A DNA stretch of 23,765 nucleotides from Paraspadella gotoi (GCA_051294375.1 JBJCIZ010001665.1:1-23765), one strand, 5' to 3'; positions 1 to 10,655 are shown, counted from the stretch's first letter. Made by a program: numbers and translations. Notes: a model not told the origin generated them from the sequence alone.

Positions 1-930
1 CTGAAAAAATCATTTTGCACAGATTTGCACAGGAATAAAAACTGCATAATATTAGTATTTGGTGCAGTTTTAACTTTTTATGGCTTTTTTCATGAAGGAT
101 TTTTATTTTTATTAGGGAAAATATTTTTTTTAACTTCATAAAAGATTAAATAGAATATAGGTAAATGACACATATTATACTTGCAAAGGTTTGCACAGGA
201 TTAAAAATGAAAATAATCTTTGCAAAACTTTAAATTTTCATGGCACTATTCTATTGCAGTGAAAATCTTTGCAAATAAAAATATAGAATTAACGATTTGT
301 TGTAATGCTGTGCAATCCTGTGCAAACAATTTGTTTGGCTTTCTGTGCAATCCTGTGTAAAATTAAAAAAATCTATTTGTACAGATTTGCACAGGAATAA
401 ATATAGCATAATTCTAATTTTTGAAACCTTTTACCGATTTGCACAGTAAAAAAATTATTTTTTTAGATTTAGCGTAAAAAAAGGAGAAATAACAATTTGT
501 TGTAATGCTGTAAAATAAAATCAATTTGCACAGATTTGTACAGGAATGCTGTGCAATCCTGTGCAAAGAAAAATTGTCTCGCTGAAAAAATCAATTTGTA
601 CAGATTTGCACAGGAATAAAAACAGCGCAATATTAGTATTTAGTGCAGATTTCTTGTAATACTGTGCAATCCTGTGCAAACAATTTGTTTTTCTTTCAGT
701 GTAATCCTTTAAAAAAAAAGAATTTGCACAGATTTTCACAGGAATAAAATAAAGCAATTATAATTTTTTAAACCTTTTAAAATTTAAACAGTAAATTTTT
801 TTTTTCTATTTAGTTGTAATACTGTACAATCCTGAGCAAAATATAATTTCTTTGTCTTTCTTCGCAAACCTGTGCAAAATAAAAAAATCAATTTGCACAA
901 ATTTGCTCAGGAATACTGTGCAATAGAAAG
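1..930. repeat. Complex AT-rich repeat built from recurring CTGTGCAATCCTGTGCAAA / GATTTGCACAGGA motifs (satellite-like or DNA-transposon-derived)
   Basis: The motifs recur many times in both orientations. Block ~18-310 aligns by eye with ~2366-2660, and ~435-510 with ~2732-2810. Confidence 0.8.
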
Positions 931-1846
931 ATGTGAAAATAATAAAATTTTATAAAATTAAAATTTCCACCTTAAAAATATAGTTTTTTGTAAATGCAAC
1001 CTATTTAATGACATAATTTTTGAAAAAAGGTTTAAATTTTCTCTTATCAACTTTTCATGAGGAATCTAATCTGTTCTTAGAGTCTGTATCTCCTGTTTCT
1101 AAACAGGCCAGAACAGACAATCGCCCGCCTCACCATCAGGTGAGAGGAGGGCTCTCGGCAGGCTTATCAGGTCAGAGAGATATTCGAGTGGCGCTTGGCA
1201 TATTTCCAGCAGGATCCTTGCCAGATCCCAACTCTCCCATCCACCACAATATCCTCTCAACTCATTACAAGCCAATGACCCGAGCTCATTGTTCACGCCC
1301 TTCATTTGCCCTGCCAGGGGGGGCCAGCTCATTTTGAGCTCTTTCTCACCTTATTTTTCTCTTACCTTTATCTTATCTATCCCTCATAACTTATTCTTCC
1401 ATTTCAAATTTCAATTCTTCAATTTTTCATTATTTCAAATCTTCAATTTTTCACAAACAATTATTTATTAATCTTTGTTATTTATTCTTAGTTTATTTCT
1501 TTTTCACTGTTGAACATTACCAAATGTATTAATTTTGTCTTTTTTAAACAGTAAAATTTTTTTTTCTATTTAGTTGTAATGCTGTACAATCCTGAGCAAA
1601 AAATAATTTCTTTGTCTTTCTTCGCAAACCTGTGCAAAATAAAAAAATCAATTCGCACAAATTTGCTCAGGATACTGTGCAATAGAAATAGAAATAAAAA
1701 TAATAAAATTTTATAAAATTAAAATTTCCACCTTAAAATATAGTTTTTTGTAAATGCAACCTATTTAATGACATAATTTTTGAAAAAAGGTTTAAATTTT
1801 CTCATGAGGAATCTGAATCTGTCTTAGAGTCTGTATCTCCTGTTTC
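785..1846. repeat. ~300-bp direct duplication (copy 1 ~785-1100, copy 2 ~1545-1846)
   Basis: Both copies run from TTTAAACAGTAAA...CTATTTAGTTGTAAT to TTAGAGTCTGTATCTCCTGTTTCT and are near-identical apart from small indels. Confidence 0.9.
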
Positions 1847-1956
1847 TCTCTCTCTCTTTTCACCAAATTTCACATTTACTTACTCTCCTTCCCTTCCCTC
1901 ACTTTCACCTGTCCTCACATCTGACCACTGTCCTTTACTCAATTCTTTGTTGGAAG

Positions 1957-1991
<35 letters not shown>

Positions 1992-2041
1992 CTCTCTCCT
2001 TTCTTTCTTTCTCTCCAAAGTCAATGAAAACAACTGAAAAG

Positions 2042-2115
2042 TTTGTGAGTTGATGAAGACTCGAACCCAAAGAGTCGAAACATGTCCGTCTATTAAAATA
2101 AATCGTTGTCACAAA
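2042..2115 (+). ncRNA. Candidate minimal type I hammerhead ribozyme of the Penelope-like-element type (core C3 reads as T)
   Basis: TTGATGA (2050-2056), A, stem II GACTC/GAGTC (2058-2062/2072-2076), GAAA (2077-2080), palindromic ACATGT, GTC cleavage triplet ending at 2086, AATAAA at 2097-2102. Flanking TTTGTGA (2042-2048) can pair with TCACAAA (2109-2115). Confidence 0.55.
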
Positions 2116-2137
2116 TTCAAAAACACTTTGTTTTCTC

Positions 2138-2937
2138 TAAAAACTATTTTTAAATTTTGACATTATATAAGGGTAGTACTATATACAAAATAAGCTGACT
2201 GGGCTACAATATACATAAAAAGGAAAATAACTACAGATTAGTATTCACTAATATAATAGTTTTCAAGATATAACTGCTAGATTTTGATTCCAAACTTTCA
2301 CTTCACCCTACTGTGCAATCCTGTTCAAAAACAATTTGTTTGTCTCTCTAAAAAAATAAATCTATACAGATTTGCACAGGAATAAAAATAGCAAAATATT
2401 AGTATTTAGCTGCAGTTTTAACTTTTTAGGGCTTTTTTAATGAAAGATTTTTATTTTGATTAGGGGCAAATTTTTTGTTTTAACTTTATAAAAAATTGAA
2501 TAGGATATATGTAAAAGTTACATATTATATTTGCAAAAGTTTGCACAGAATTAAAAATGAAAAGAATCTCTGCAAATCTTTAAATTTTTATGGCACAATC
2601 CTATTCCTGTGCAAATCTGTGCAAATAAAATAGTAGAAATAACGATTTTTTGTAATGCTGTAATTTGTACCAATTTGCACAGAAATAAAAATAGCACGAT
2701 AATAAAAATAATAAAACAAAAATAAAAATAAACGATTTGCACAGTAAAAAAATTATTTTTTTTAATTAAGCATGGAAAAAGGAGAAATAACAATTTGTTA
2801 TAATGCTGTGCAATCCTGTGCAAAAAACAATTAGTTTGTCTTATTTTTCTTTTCTTACGTATATTGTAGCCCAGTCAGCTTATTTTGTATAAAGTACTAC
2901 CCTTATATAATGTCAAAATTTAAAAATAGTTTTTTAA
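2138..2937. mobile_element. Inverted-repeat-bounded MITE/foldback-like unit with ~90-bp arms (~2138-2230 and ~2841-2937) enclosing a copy of the AT-rich repeat
   Basis: AAAAACTATTTTTAAATTTTGACATTATATAAGGGTAGTACT...AAGCTGACTGGGCTACAATATAC is matched almost exactly by its reverse complement on the right. The ends fall in TA context. No transposase ORF. Confidence 0.55.
2310..2830. repeat. Second diverged copy of the CTGTGCAATCC / GATTTGCACAGG repeat family
   Basis: Collinear similarity to ~18-510. Confidence 0.8.
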
Positions 2938-2940
2938 AAA

Positions 2941-3016
2941 TTCCGGCAGGGGTTAGGATTGAACCCGGTACAGAATGGTCCTAAGCTGATAGATTTACTC
3001 AATAAGCCACCGGGTA
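2941..3016 (-). mobile_element. Degenerate tRNA-derived (SINE head-like) sequence
   Basis: The minus strand has A-box-like TGGCTTATTGAG (3009-2998) and B-box GGTTCAATCC (2965-2956) at tRNA-like spacing. No convincing cloverleaf. Confidence 0.45.
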
Positions 3017-4237
3017 ATGACTAAAAGGTTTACGCTTATAGGCATGGTTAACTTAGGAAATGCCCGACTACATGTTCGCCTCGCTAAAATGAGAAAAAGC
3101 TAAAGATATTTCCATAAATTTGTACAGGATAAAAAATAGTAGTCTTATCCACACTGGTGAAAATTTTTTGGGAGATATACAGTCGTTTTAAAATCTAAAA
3201 TGCTTGCTCTTATTAGCAATTGCAGTTAAACTCCTTCTTTCTGAACAGGTTGTTGTGGGTTCCATCCTGCCTGAATAATAGTTTTATTTTATTGTATAAG
3301 GCATTATGCTGACCCACTGCCAGTTGTTATATTCAAAGATTATAAATATATGTTATACTTCATGCAACTATATAAACAATTTTATACATATCTTTCTTTT
3401 TCAAATTTTAAGATATTAGGAAGAATAGAATTATAAAGTTTGTTCATAAATAATTTGAAAAATTATCATTTGGAAGAACAGCCGGGCTGTTATCTTTATT
3501 GTACAGGAAAAAATCGTTGTGAGTTCAAATCCTGGCTCGGTTTTTTCTTGTTGAAATTTAAATATCCTAAGATCCTTTGCCTTATATTGGGATAGTAGCC
3601 ATGTCAGTAAGAAATAGTTTTTATATTCACTTATTTCAGTTACCAAAGTTTGCCAACGTAAATATTCCTGACACATTGTTATCTATTCCTGGGAAAATTT
3701 GTACAAATTTTATTGAGATTTCTAATCTGTTTCATTTGCACGTGCAATAAGAGTGGGTTCTTTTTAACTAAAATGTTTGGGGTTCAATACTACCCGAAAA
3801 TAATTCAATTTCTTTCTGTTAATAAAAGAAAATAAAAGAAATCAAATACAGGTTGTTGTTGTCTATATCTTTAGGTTTTCAGGTTGAATAATTAAATAAT
3901 TGGCCAATTGTTTCTTCAAAGATTTTTGTCGTCACTCTCTCTTTCTCATCTCTCTCTGTCACTTAACATTTTACTTGAATTTGAATTTAGATTTAAAAAT
4001 TTTAACTATAAATTTAATTTTTTTTTAATTAAATTTTTAATAAAATGAAAATAATAATTTAATGTCGAATTTTGTTAAAATAAAAGAGTTAAGTTTTAAA
4101 GCAAATAAATTGTATGCTATTTTCTTTTTTTTTAAAGTTATTTGAAACGTAAAAGTATCTCTAGCGCACTCTTTAGATTTTTATTTTAAATATTTAAAAT
4201 GAAGATTTAACAAAAGGTTAAAGTTTAAGGAAAAAGC

Positions 4238-4465
4238 CACCAATCGTAATTCAACAAATACGACCAATAGAAATCCTCGGTCACTTCTTCTTTATATTTC
4301 AACCAATAATGGAGCCTGGTCACTGCCTCGTCACAAGCGGTCACAAGCAGTCACAGCCGGTCACAAGGCGGTCACACACGGTCACAAGCAGTCACAAATT
4401 TCGTGCGACCGAGTGTGACCGGTCACACCGCGGTCACAAACGGTCGCACTTTTCAGCCAATCAGA
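4238..4465 (+). promoter_or_regulatory. Four CCAAT boxes around a ~10-bp GGTCACAAGC tandem array; possible promoter or transposon-derived array
   Basis: CCAAT at 4240, 4264, 4303 and 4457. About 13 (G/A)GTCAC units between 4279 and 4449, including the palindrome GTGTGACCGGTCACAC (4413-4428). A CpG-rich region follows (~4690-5220). The repeat is directly visible; the regulatory role is inferred. Confidence 0.45.
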
Positions 4466-4498
4466 AGCGCGGAAAATAAGGAAGAAAATAAATTTCAT

Positions 4499-4565
4499 TT
4501 CTTCTTCTTCTCTCTTCTTCTTCTTCTTCTTCTTCTTCTTTCTCTTCTTCTCCTTCTTCTTCTTG
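4499..4565 (+). repeat. (CTT)n microsatellite
   Basis: Directly visible trinucleotide tract. Confidence 0.95.
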
Positions 4566-4854
4566 CTTCCTCGTCCCCTAATGGTTGTTCCTGCGTCGTT
4601 GTTGAGCTTCACGAAGTTTTGTTGTTTTTGTCGTTGTCCTTTCTTCATAAACTCGATGATTATTTTCTTTGAATTCATTTAGTCTTTTGTCGATTCGACC
4701 TTCGACTTATTCTGGTCCGTCGGATGGATCGGTCGGTCGTGCGGTGGTCGTGAATTTAGTCGGGGGAAACGCATATTCAAGGCTGGCTAGGCAGAAAGGT
4801 GAAAGATAGCGAGAGCGAGAGAGTGGGAGAGAAAACGAAAAGAGGAAAAGCGAA

Positions 4855-4864
4855 GAGAGAAGAG

Positions 4865-4942
<78 letters not shown>
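4855..4942 (+). repeat. (GA)n microsatellite; similar GA/TC tracts at ~1957-2000, 6209-6278, 17151-17206, 18513-18590, 18803-18875, 20744-20830 and 22681-22770
   Basis: Directly visible dinucleotide tracts. Confidence 0.95.
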
Positions 4943-6240
4943 CTTTGTATTGACCGGGCCTTGAAAAGCCGACGAGCAAATATAATGAGCGAAATAATTT
5001 GGCGCCAAAAAAACGTCGCGAAAGATTGAGAAAGAGACCGTCGTGGGTCGTCGTCATCATCATCATCTTTGTCCCCACCAACACTGACACGCCGTTTCGA
5101 GCCTTCCTATTGGGCGGGCGGGGGCGCGCTCGGGAGGAAAAACAAACAGAGTGAAAAAGTTGATCGTCTTCCTCTTTCTCGCCTCCGGCTGTTTTCGCGG
5201 AAAAAGGTGGAACTTGTTGAGCGAGGAGGGATTTACTGGATTCTTTTAATCTTTAAGTTTAAGAAAATGTCAACGCTTAGTTAGGGACCGAATGTTTAAT
5301 TTGAATGAAATCCTTTTAATATTTTTAAATGAGAGGAGAAAAAGGGTTTTATGATAAGGATAACGATGCTGGGAGAGTTGTGGGTCGATGAAAAGTGAAT
5401 GGTAACATTTTAAAAGAAAGTAAATTAAAAAGTAAGATAAATAAAAAAAACTAATTATTTTACGTGAGAGTCCTTAATCCCTTTTGGTAAAAAAAACATA
5501 ATAACTTTGATCCCTCCTCAAAAATAATTAATCAATTCCAAAAACCCCTTTCTGTTCCAGGGCCTCTTAGATATTATGATTTTTCATTAATTAACTTTCT
5601 AACAGGAATGATGTGTGATATCTATTAGAAAATTAGGACAGATTGTAATCTAACCTTGTGTTGTATTGATGCTCCCTTATTTCCCAGAAGACAACGCTGG
5701 ACCTGCCCTCCGAAAATGAGTTTATTTAGATATAGATGATAAGTAAAAAAAAAGCAAAATAAAATATATATAATTACAATTAATATAAATTTAAAGTGTA
5801 AAAACCCTTCCCAAAAGATTAAAAATAGAATATAAGTGAAAACAACTAATTTTAAAAATTTTCATATTGAGGCCGATATATTACGTCGCTTTTGTTTTTT
5901 ACAAGTTTATGAAAGTCTGAAGAAAATAATTTGGAAAAATAAAGAAAGAACGAAAAAGTTTTTCAAGAAGAAGCAAAAAAAAACGTTTTTCTTTCCCGGA
6001 AAAGTTTTGAAGGAAACGATTCTCAACTCGTTTCCCATAGTTTTTTCCAATAATGTTTTTCTTCACCTTTCCACCTTATTTTTTGCCTTCGTTTCCTTTC
6101 ACGTGTCCCTGCTCTTTTTTTTTTTTTTTTTCCTTCTTCGCGCCACATTAAAATTACCAAACAACAGTTTCTCCAACCGTCCTCAAAAAACATTTCTCTC
6201 GCTTAATTGAGAGAGAGAAGAGAGAGAGATGAGAGAGAGA

Positions 6241-6281
<41 letters not shown>

Positions 6282-8542
6282 TATGAATACATGATGAGTT
6301 CTAGGGAGTATTTTAATGAGAAAAATTCATCCGTTTAAATGCAGCCGTCGTGAAAATGTAAGATGGAGTAAATTGTGTTCACTCTTGTAAAATATCCTCG
6401 CGAGCGAAGAAAAATTAAAGGCTTTTCGCTGCTATGTTTTTACTTCTTATATTCTTTCCTTGCATAAATAAATAAAATCAACAGAAAAATTGATGTGACT
6501 CGACTGAGTCGCTTCTCGATTTAAACTTAAAGTCAACCGATATGAAGTCGCTGATTGAAGATTCGCCAAACAGATTTTTTTTTCAAAGCGTCGGTCTCAA
6601 TCAGTATTCCGGAAACGCTCTGAAGGCGTTGCCCACCAGAAGCCCGTCTACTGCTTTGCGCTACAGATTATTTGAGGGTTGCTGTTTGGAAACCTATACG
6701 AGAGTTTTGCACCAAGCAGAAAGAAAAAAAGAAAAAATAACAAAAACTTAGGATTTTCGAAAAGAAAGTAAATATCGCTATTAAATCGAAAGGGAAAAAA
6801 TGGCGCAAAAGAGAAAAAAAGCGAAAGAAAATAAAAGCAGAAGGAAAGCATTAAAAAGAAAAAAAACGATTTAGAGAAAAGAAATAATACGAACTGGTAA
6901 AAAATGGCAAAGAGAGAAAAAAAATAAGGCAGTGAAACTCGTGTACTCGAAATTCATAATTATTTATGCAGGAATGCCGGGAGCGGGTTGCGAGGATGGT
7001 GGCGTGTTGGGATCGAGGGGGGGCGGAGAAATCGTGAGAGGAAGATATCGAAGAAGAGGGGAGGATTGGTGAGAACGAAGAGGTCTCTAGCGGTGAGGTG
7101 AAAGACTTCACAAAGACCGAGGGTGAAGAGCGGGGGTTATGGATGCCGAGCACGTTTTAGAATTTTAGCTTTGGAACGGTTTCATGTATCTCTCGCTTCC
7201 GACGACGCCTTTGCCAACCATCTCTTTATCCTCATCCTCCTGCCTCTGTCTTTTGTTTTCTTCCTCGTTCTCTTCTACTTTGTGCTTTAAATCTATGGTC
7301 TTATTACTCCCTCTGTCTCTTATCTTTATCGGGGAGCTTTTCCCAGGCTTCTCTTTTCTTCCTTTTTTGTCCACTTTCCCTCTCTTCTATTCTTTCTCTT
7401 TTTTTTCTCTTACTATCCTTCGTTCCTCTTTATCGCCCTTTTATCCTTCCCTTCTTCTTTCTCCCTCTCTTTTCTCTTACTGTATTGTTTTTTAACTCTT
7501 CTCAGCTGTTTCTTTTTTATCTTTTATGCTGATTTTTCTGATCGCTCCTTCTACAGATTCGTACCTCATCTCTCCAACAATCTCTAGTAACTTTAATTTC
7601 CTCATTCTCCTATTCTTGTTTCCCTTTTTCTTTCTCCTTTTTCTCTTTCCTTCCTTTTCTTTCTACCTGAATGAGCCTATGATTTTTTTTTTGTTCTCTT
7701 TCATTTATTCGGTGATTTTTTTTTCTTTTCTTCATTAGTATTATTTTGTTTCGCTCAACAACTTGTCTTTGATTGGCCTCTAAATATAAAGAAATATGAA
7801 CTGGACTGTTAGAAGTCTCGAATTTTTATACGTTTTGGAGAGATTCGATTTGGCTTTAGAATGTTTGTTTTATTTTAGTACTTGCTTCTCCTATGTGTTC
7901 AACGGACACAGGGACCATCGTTATTTTTGGAAAAGGCAACAGTTGGGGGACAAATAGATCTTTATTTTCTCCCGGAATCTCATCAACCGGATTTCCGGCC
8001 AAGGGATTTTCATCCAGTGTTTCCGGAAATGAAAAGCTTCTCTGGTGACGAGGCGACGACGAGTACAGAACGGAGCGACAACGAAGAGGACGTCCGAGAC
8101 GACTGACCGAGAGGACGTCTGACGAACGACGAAGATGGACTCGAACGATGTTGTAGAAGTTAAACCAAAGGAATGGTGTGGGACCGACGACGATCGAACA
8201 CTGGTTGACGCTTGCGCATATGCGGAGCCTATTTCACTTCATTACTACTGCGAGATTTAAAATCCTTTATTAGTAATAGTTTGACATTCCATGGCTGTTT
8301 AATTTCGTCATTTAAAGATTTATAAACTTTTCACACGCAAATCGTCCATAAATTAGCGGCAAAATCGCCTGAAGTTGACGGGGAATAAGAGTTTTACAAA
8401 AAGTGTTCAAATCGATTGGCAGTGGTTTTTGGAACGCTCCCTGTAATCCTTTAACTTTTGGGAGCACTTGTTCCTCTGATTCGCCAGTTCGTCTGAGTCG
8501 AAATGTTAAGCGCTTTGTCCGGACTCAGATCATCCTGGAGTA

Positions 8543-9262
8543 AGGGAGAAAAGAAACGGAGGAAGAAGTGAAACGAAGGGAGAAAAGAACGGAGGAAGGA
8601 GTGAACAAAGGGAGTAAAGAAACGGAGGAAGAGTGAACTAAGGGGAGAAAAAGAAACGAGGAAAGGAGTGACAAAGGGAGAAAAGAAACGGAGGAAGGAG
8701 TGAAACAAAGGGAGAAAGAAACGAAGGAAGGAGTGAACGAAGGAGATAAAGAAATGGAGGAATGAGTGAACGAAGGGAGAAAGAACGAGGAAGGAGTGAC
8801 AAGAAGGGAGAAAAGAAACGGAGGAAGGAAGTGAACCAAAGGGAGAAAAAGCAAAACGGAGGAAGTAGTGGAACGAAAGGGAGAAGAAACGGAGGAGGAG
8901 TGAAACAAGGGAGAGAGAAACGGAGGAATGAGTGAACGAAAGGAGAAAAGAAACGAAGGAAGGAGTGAACGAAGGGAGAAAAAGAAACGGAGGTAATGAG
9001 TAAACAAAGGGAGAAAAGAAACGGAGGAAAGGAGTTGAAACGAAGGGAGAAGAAACGGAGAATGAAGGTGAACGAAGGGAGAAAGAAACGGAGGTAAGGA
9101 GTGAACGAAGAGGGAGAAAAAGAAATGGAGTTGAAGGATGGAACGAAGAGAGGAAAAGAAACGGGAGGAAGGAGTGAACGAAGGGCAGAAAAGAACGGAG
9201 GAATGAGTGAACGAAAGGAGAATATAAACGGAGGAAGGAGTGAACGAAGGGAGAATAGTTGA
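8543..9262 (+). repeat. Purine-rich ~33-bp minisatellite (consensus ~GGGAGAAAAGAAACGGAGGAAGGAGTGAACGAA), roughly 20-22 copies
   Basis: Recurring AAACGGAGGAA..GAGTGAAC units. This explains the low-complexity minus-strand ORFs at 8451-9385. Confidence 0.92.
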
Positions 9263-10104
9263 GGACGGAGAAGGAAGGGTGAGAGTGCAGGTTAAGGGTT
9301 GGATTTCAAGGGAAGTTAGCGCTATCAAGAAAAAATAGAAGCAAGAAGATGTGAGAGATAAGATTATCAAACTTGTATGAGCCATAGATTGGTTAAAAGC
9401 AGATGAAATAGAAGTGGTAGAATTATTTTAAATAAGAGAATCTTAAAAATTACTGCCAAGCGGTTATTATTTACATGAGAATGGCAGAGGTGGCTAAAAA
9501 GGGTCAAAGATGGAAAAAGAATAAGAGAAGGAAACTGGACAGATGGTTGACTTTGTGGGATAGGAGATGATGAGATATGAAGTAAGAAGACATACGTATA
9601 TCAGTTGAGAGACGAAGTGGGGAATATAAGATGGGGAGCGAACTGGTTTTCGATAAATGATTGTCACAATTCCTAGTGTGTTAAATGTGTATGTATGTTC
9701 ATTAACTTGTGTATTCTCCTCGTCTGACCACCACCCTACTGTGATTTTTCCTTTGGCCACGTTCCCTTATATATTTACTGTCGCATAGGGTTGTATGTGT
9801 AGATCTGAATAGAATCGTTGTGTTTATGTAAATAAAGTAAGCAATATGTTTTGGAGCTTGTCTTAGGTCTGCCAAATCTCGAGTCTTGCGAAAGCTTTGT
9901 CCGCGTTCTGACTAGTTCTCGCTTTGGCTAAAGAGGTCAGACGTATGGGCGGGATCTGCATATGACTCGAGAGTAGATGTTCTGGGCGCAGTCTTCCCGA
10001 AGTTGCGCTGTTTGTTTGCTTCATGTTGAGGTTGCAGAATGAGTGATCGCTGATTGTTTCGATATCGTGAAGAACCATGATTGTGCTACGAAGCGTGGTT
10101 GTTT

Positions 10105-10430
10105 AAATGAGAACTTACACTGAAGCTCTGTTAAAAATTAACCGTACTGGGATCTGAAAGATAGTGTCTGTTTTTGTGTAGAAGATATGTGCCTCTGGGT
10201 GGTCGTGATAAGATGAATTGTTATTGAGTTAAGATGTGAGTAGTAGGTAGACTAGTACAGAGAGAATTTAAAAGATATGTGGTTATGTTTGATTGAAACC
10301 AATGCTGGTCTGTTGTGAATTTGCGATGGTTATTTGAAGTCGTTGTGTATTTCAGTAAGAAGCTGTGAGCACAAAGAGCCTGATCTTGGGAGATTCTTTT
10401 TTTCGACGCTATTCTTTGTTCCCTTGGTGT
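10105..10430 (-). pseudogene. Probable heavily decayed or error-rich non-LTR reverse transcriptase fragment from a second LINE
   Basis: Reading across frameshifts on the minus strand gives KGTKNSVE..LC..LL, then DQH(W/G)FQSN.TT, then TDTIF, then RAF.KVSH-like. This order matches the LINE RT motifs KG.K..VENYRPISLL, QHGFR...ST and D.IFLDFSKAFDKV.H. Confidence 0.35.
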
Positions 10431-10605
10431 CGTGTTTGGCGGTTGTCGTGTGGTTTGCGAGAAGGTTTTACTGTTGATACGCCGGCGATATCGAGGCGGT
10501 AAGTGGAATCGCCGCGAGTCTGAGGACAAGAAAGAAGACAGGGGAAGGGGAGAGAAGACGAGAGAGAGAGGAGAGAAGAGATGAGAGAGAGAGAGGAAAG
10601 AGAGA

Positions 10606-10655
10606 TTTGATTTGTTTGAATAAGTTCTATTGCACCTGGAGTGGTGTAACACTCC
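10606..10655 (-). other. Putative LINE 3' terminus: stem-loop plus short (TCAAA/ACAAA) tail
   Basis: The minus strand reads GGAGTG-TTACAC-CACTCC (6-bp stem), then AGGTGCAATAGAACTTA, then TTCAAACAAATCAAA, directly adjoining a TC tract. Confidence 0.6.

Noticed and set aside
2941-3016. Functional tRNA gene
   Set aside because: Acceptor, D and anticodon arms do not form a proper cloverleaf; kept only as a SINE-like remnant.
4279-4449. CRISPR-like appearance of short repeats here and in 1-930
   Set aside because: The units are tandem or irregular without unique constant-length spacers, there are no cas genes, and the context is eukaryotic with spliceosomal introns.
4382-5090. ORFs with poly-K/E, ER or SL repeats (also at 16067-16615, 17040-17298, 18473-19739, 20649-20888)
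   Set aside because: They arise from CTT and GA/TC microsatellites.
6490-6516. TTGATGT-GACTC-GACT-GAGTC hairpin resembling the hammerhead at 2050
   Set aside because: It lacks the A9 position and the GAAA core after the stem.
8525-9385. 286-aa minus-strand ORF
   Set aside because: It is the translation of the pyrimidine strand of the 33-bp minisatellite (S/F/L/P only) and has no domain.
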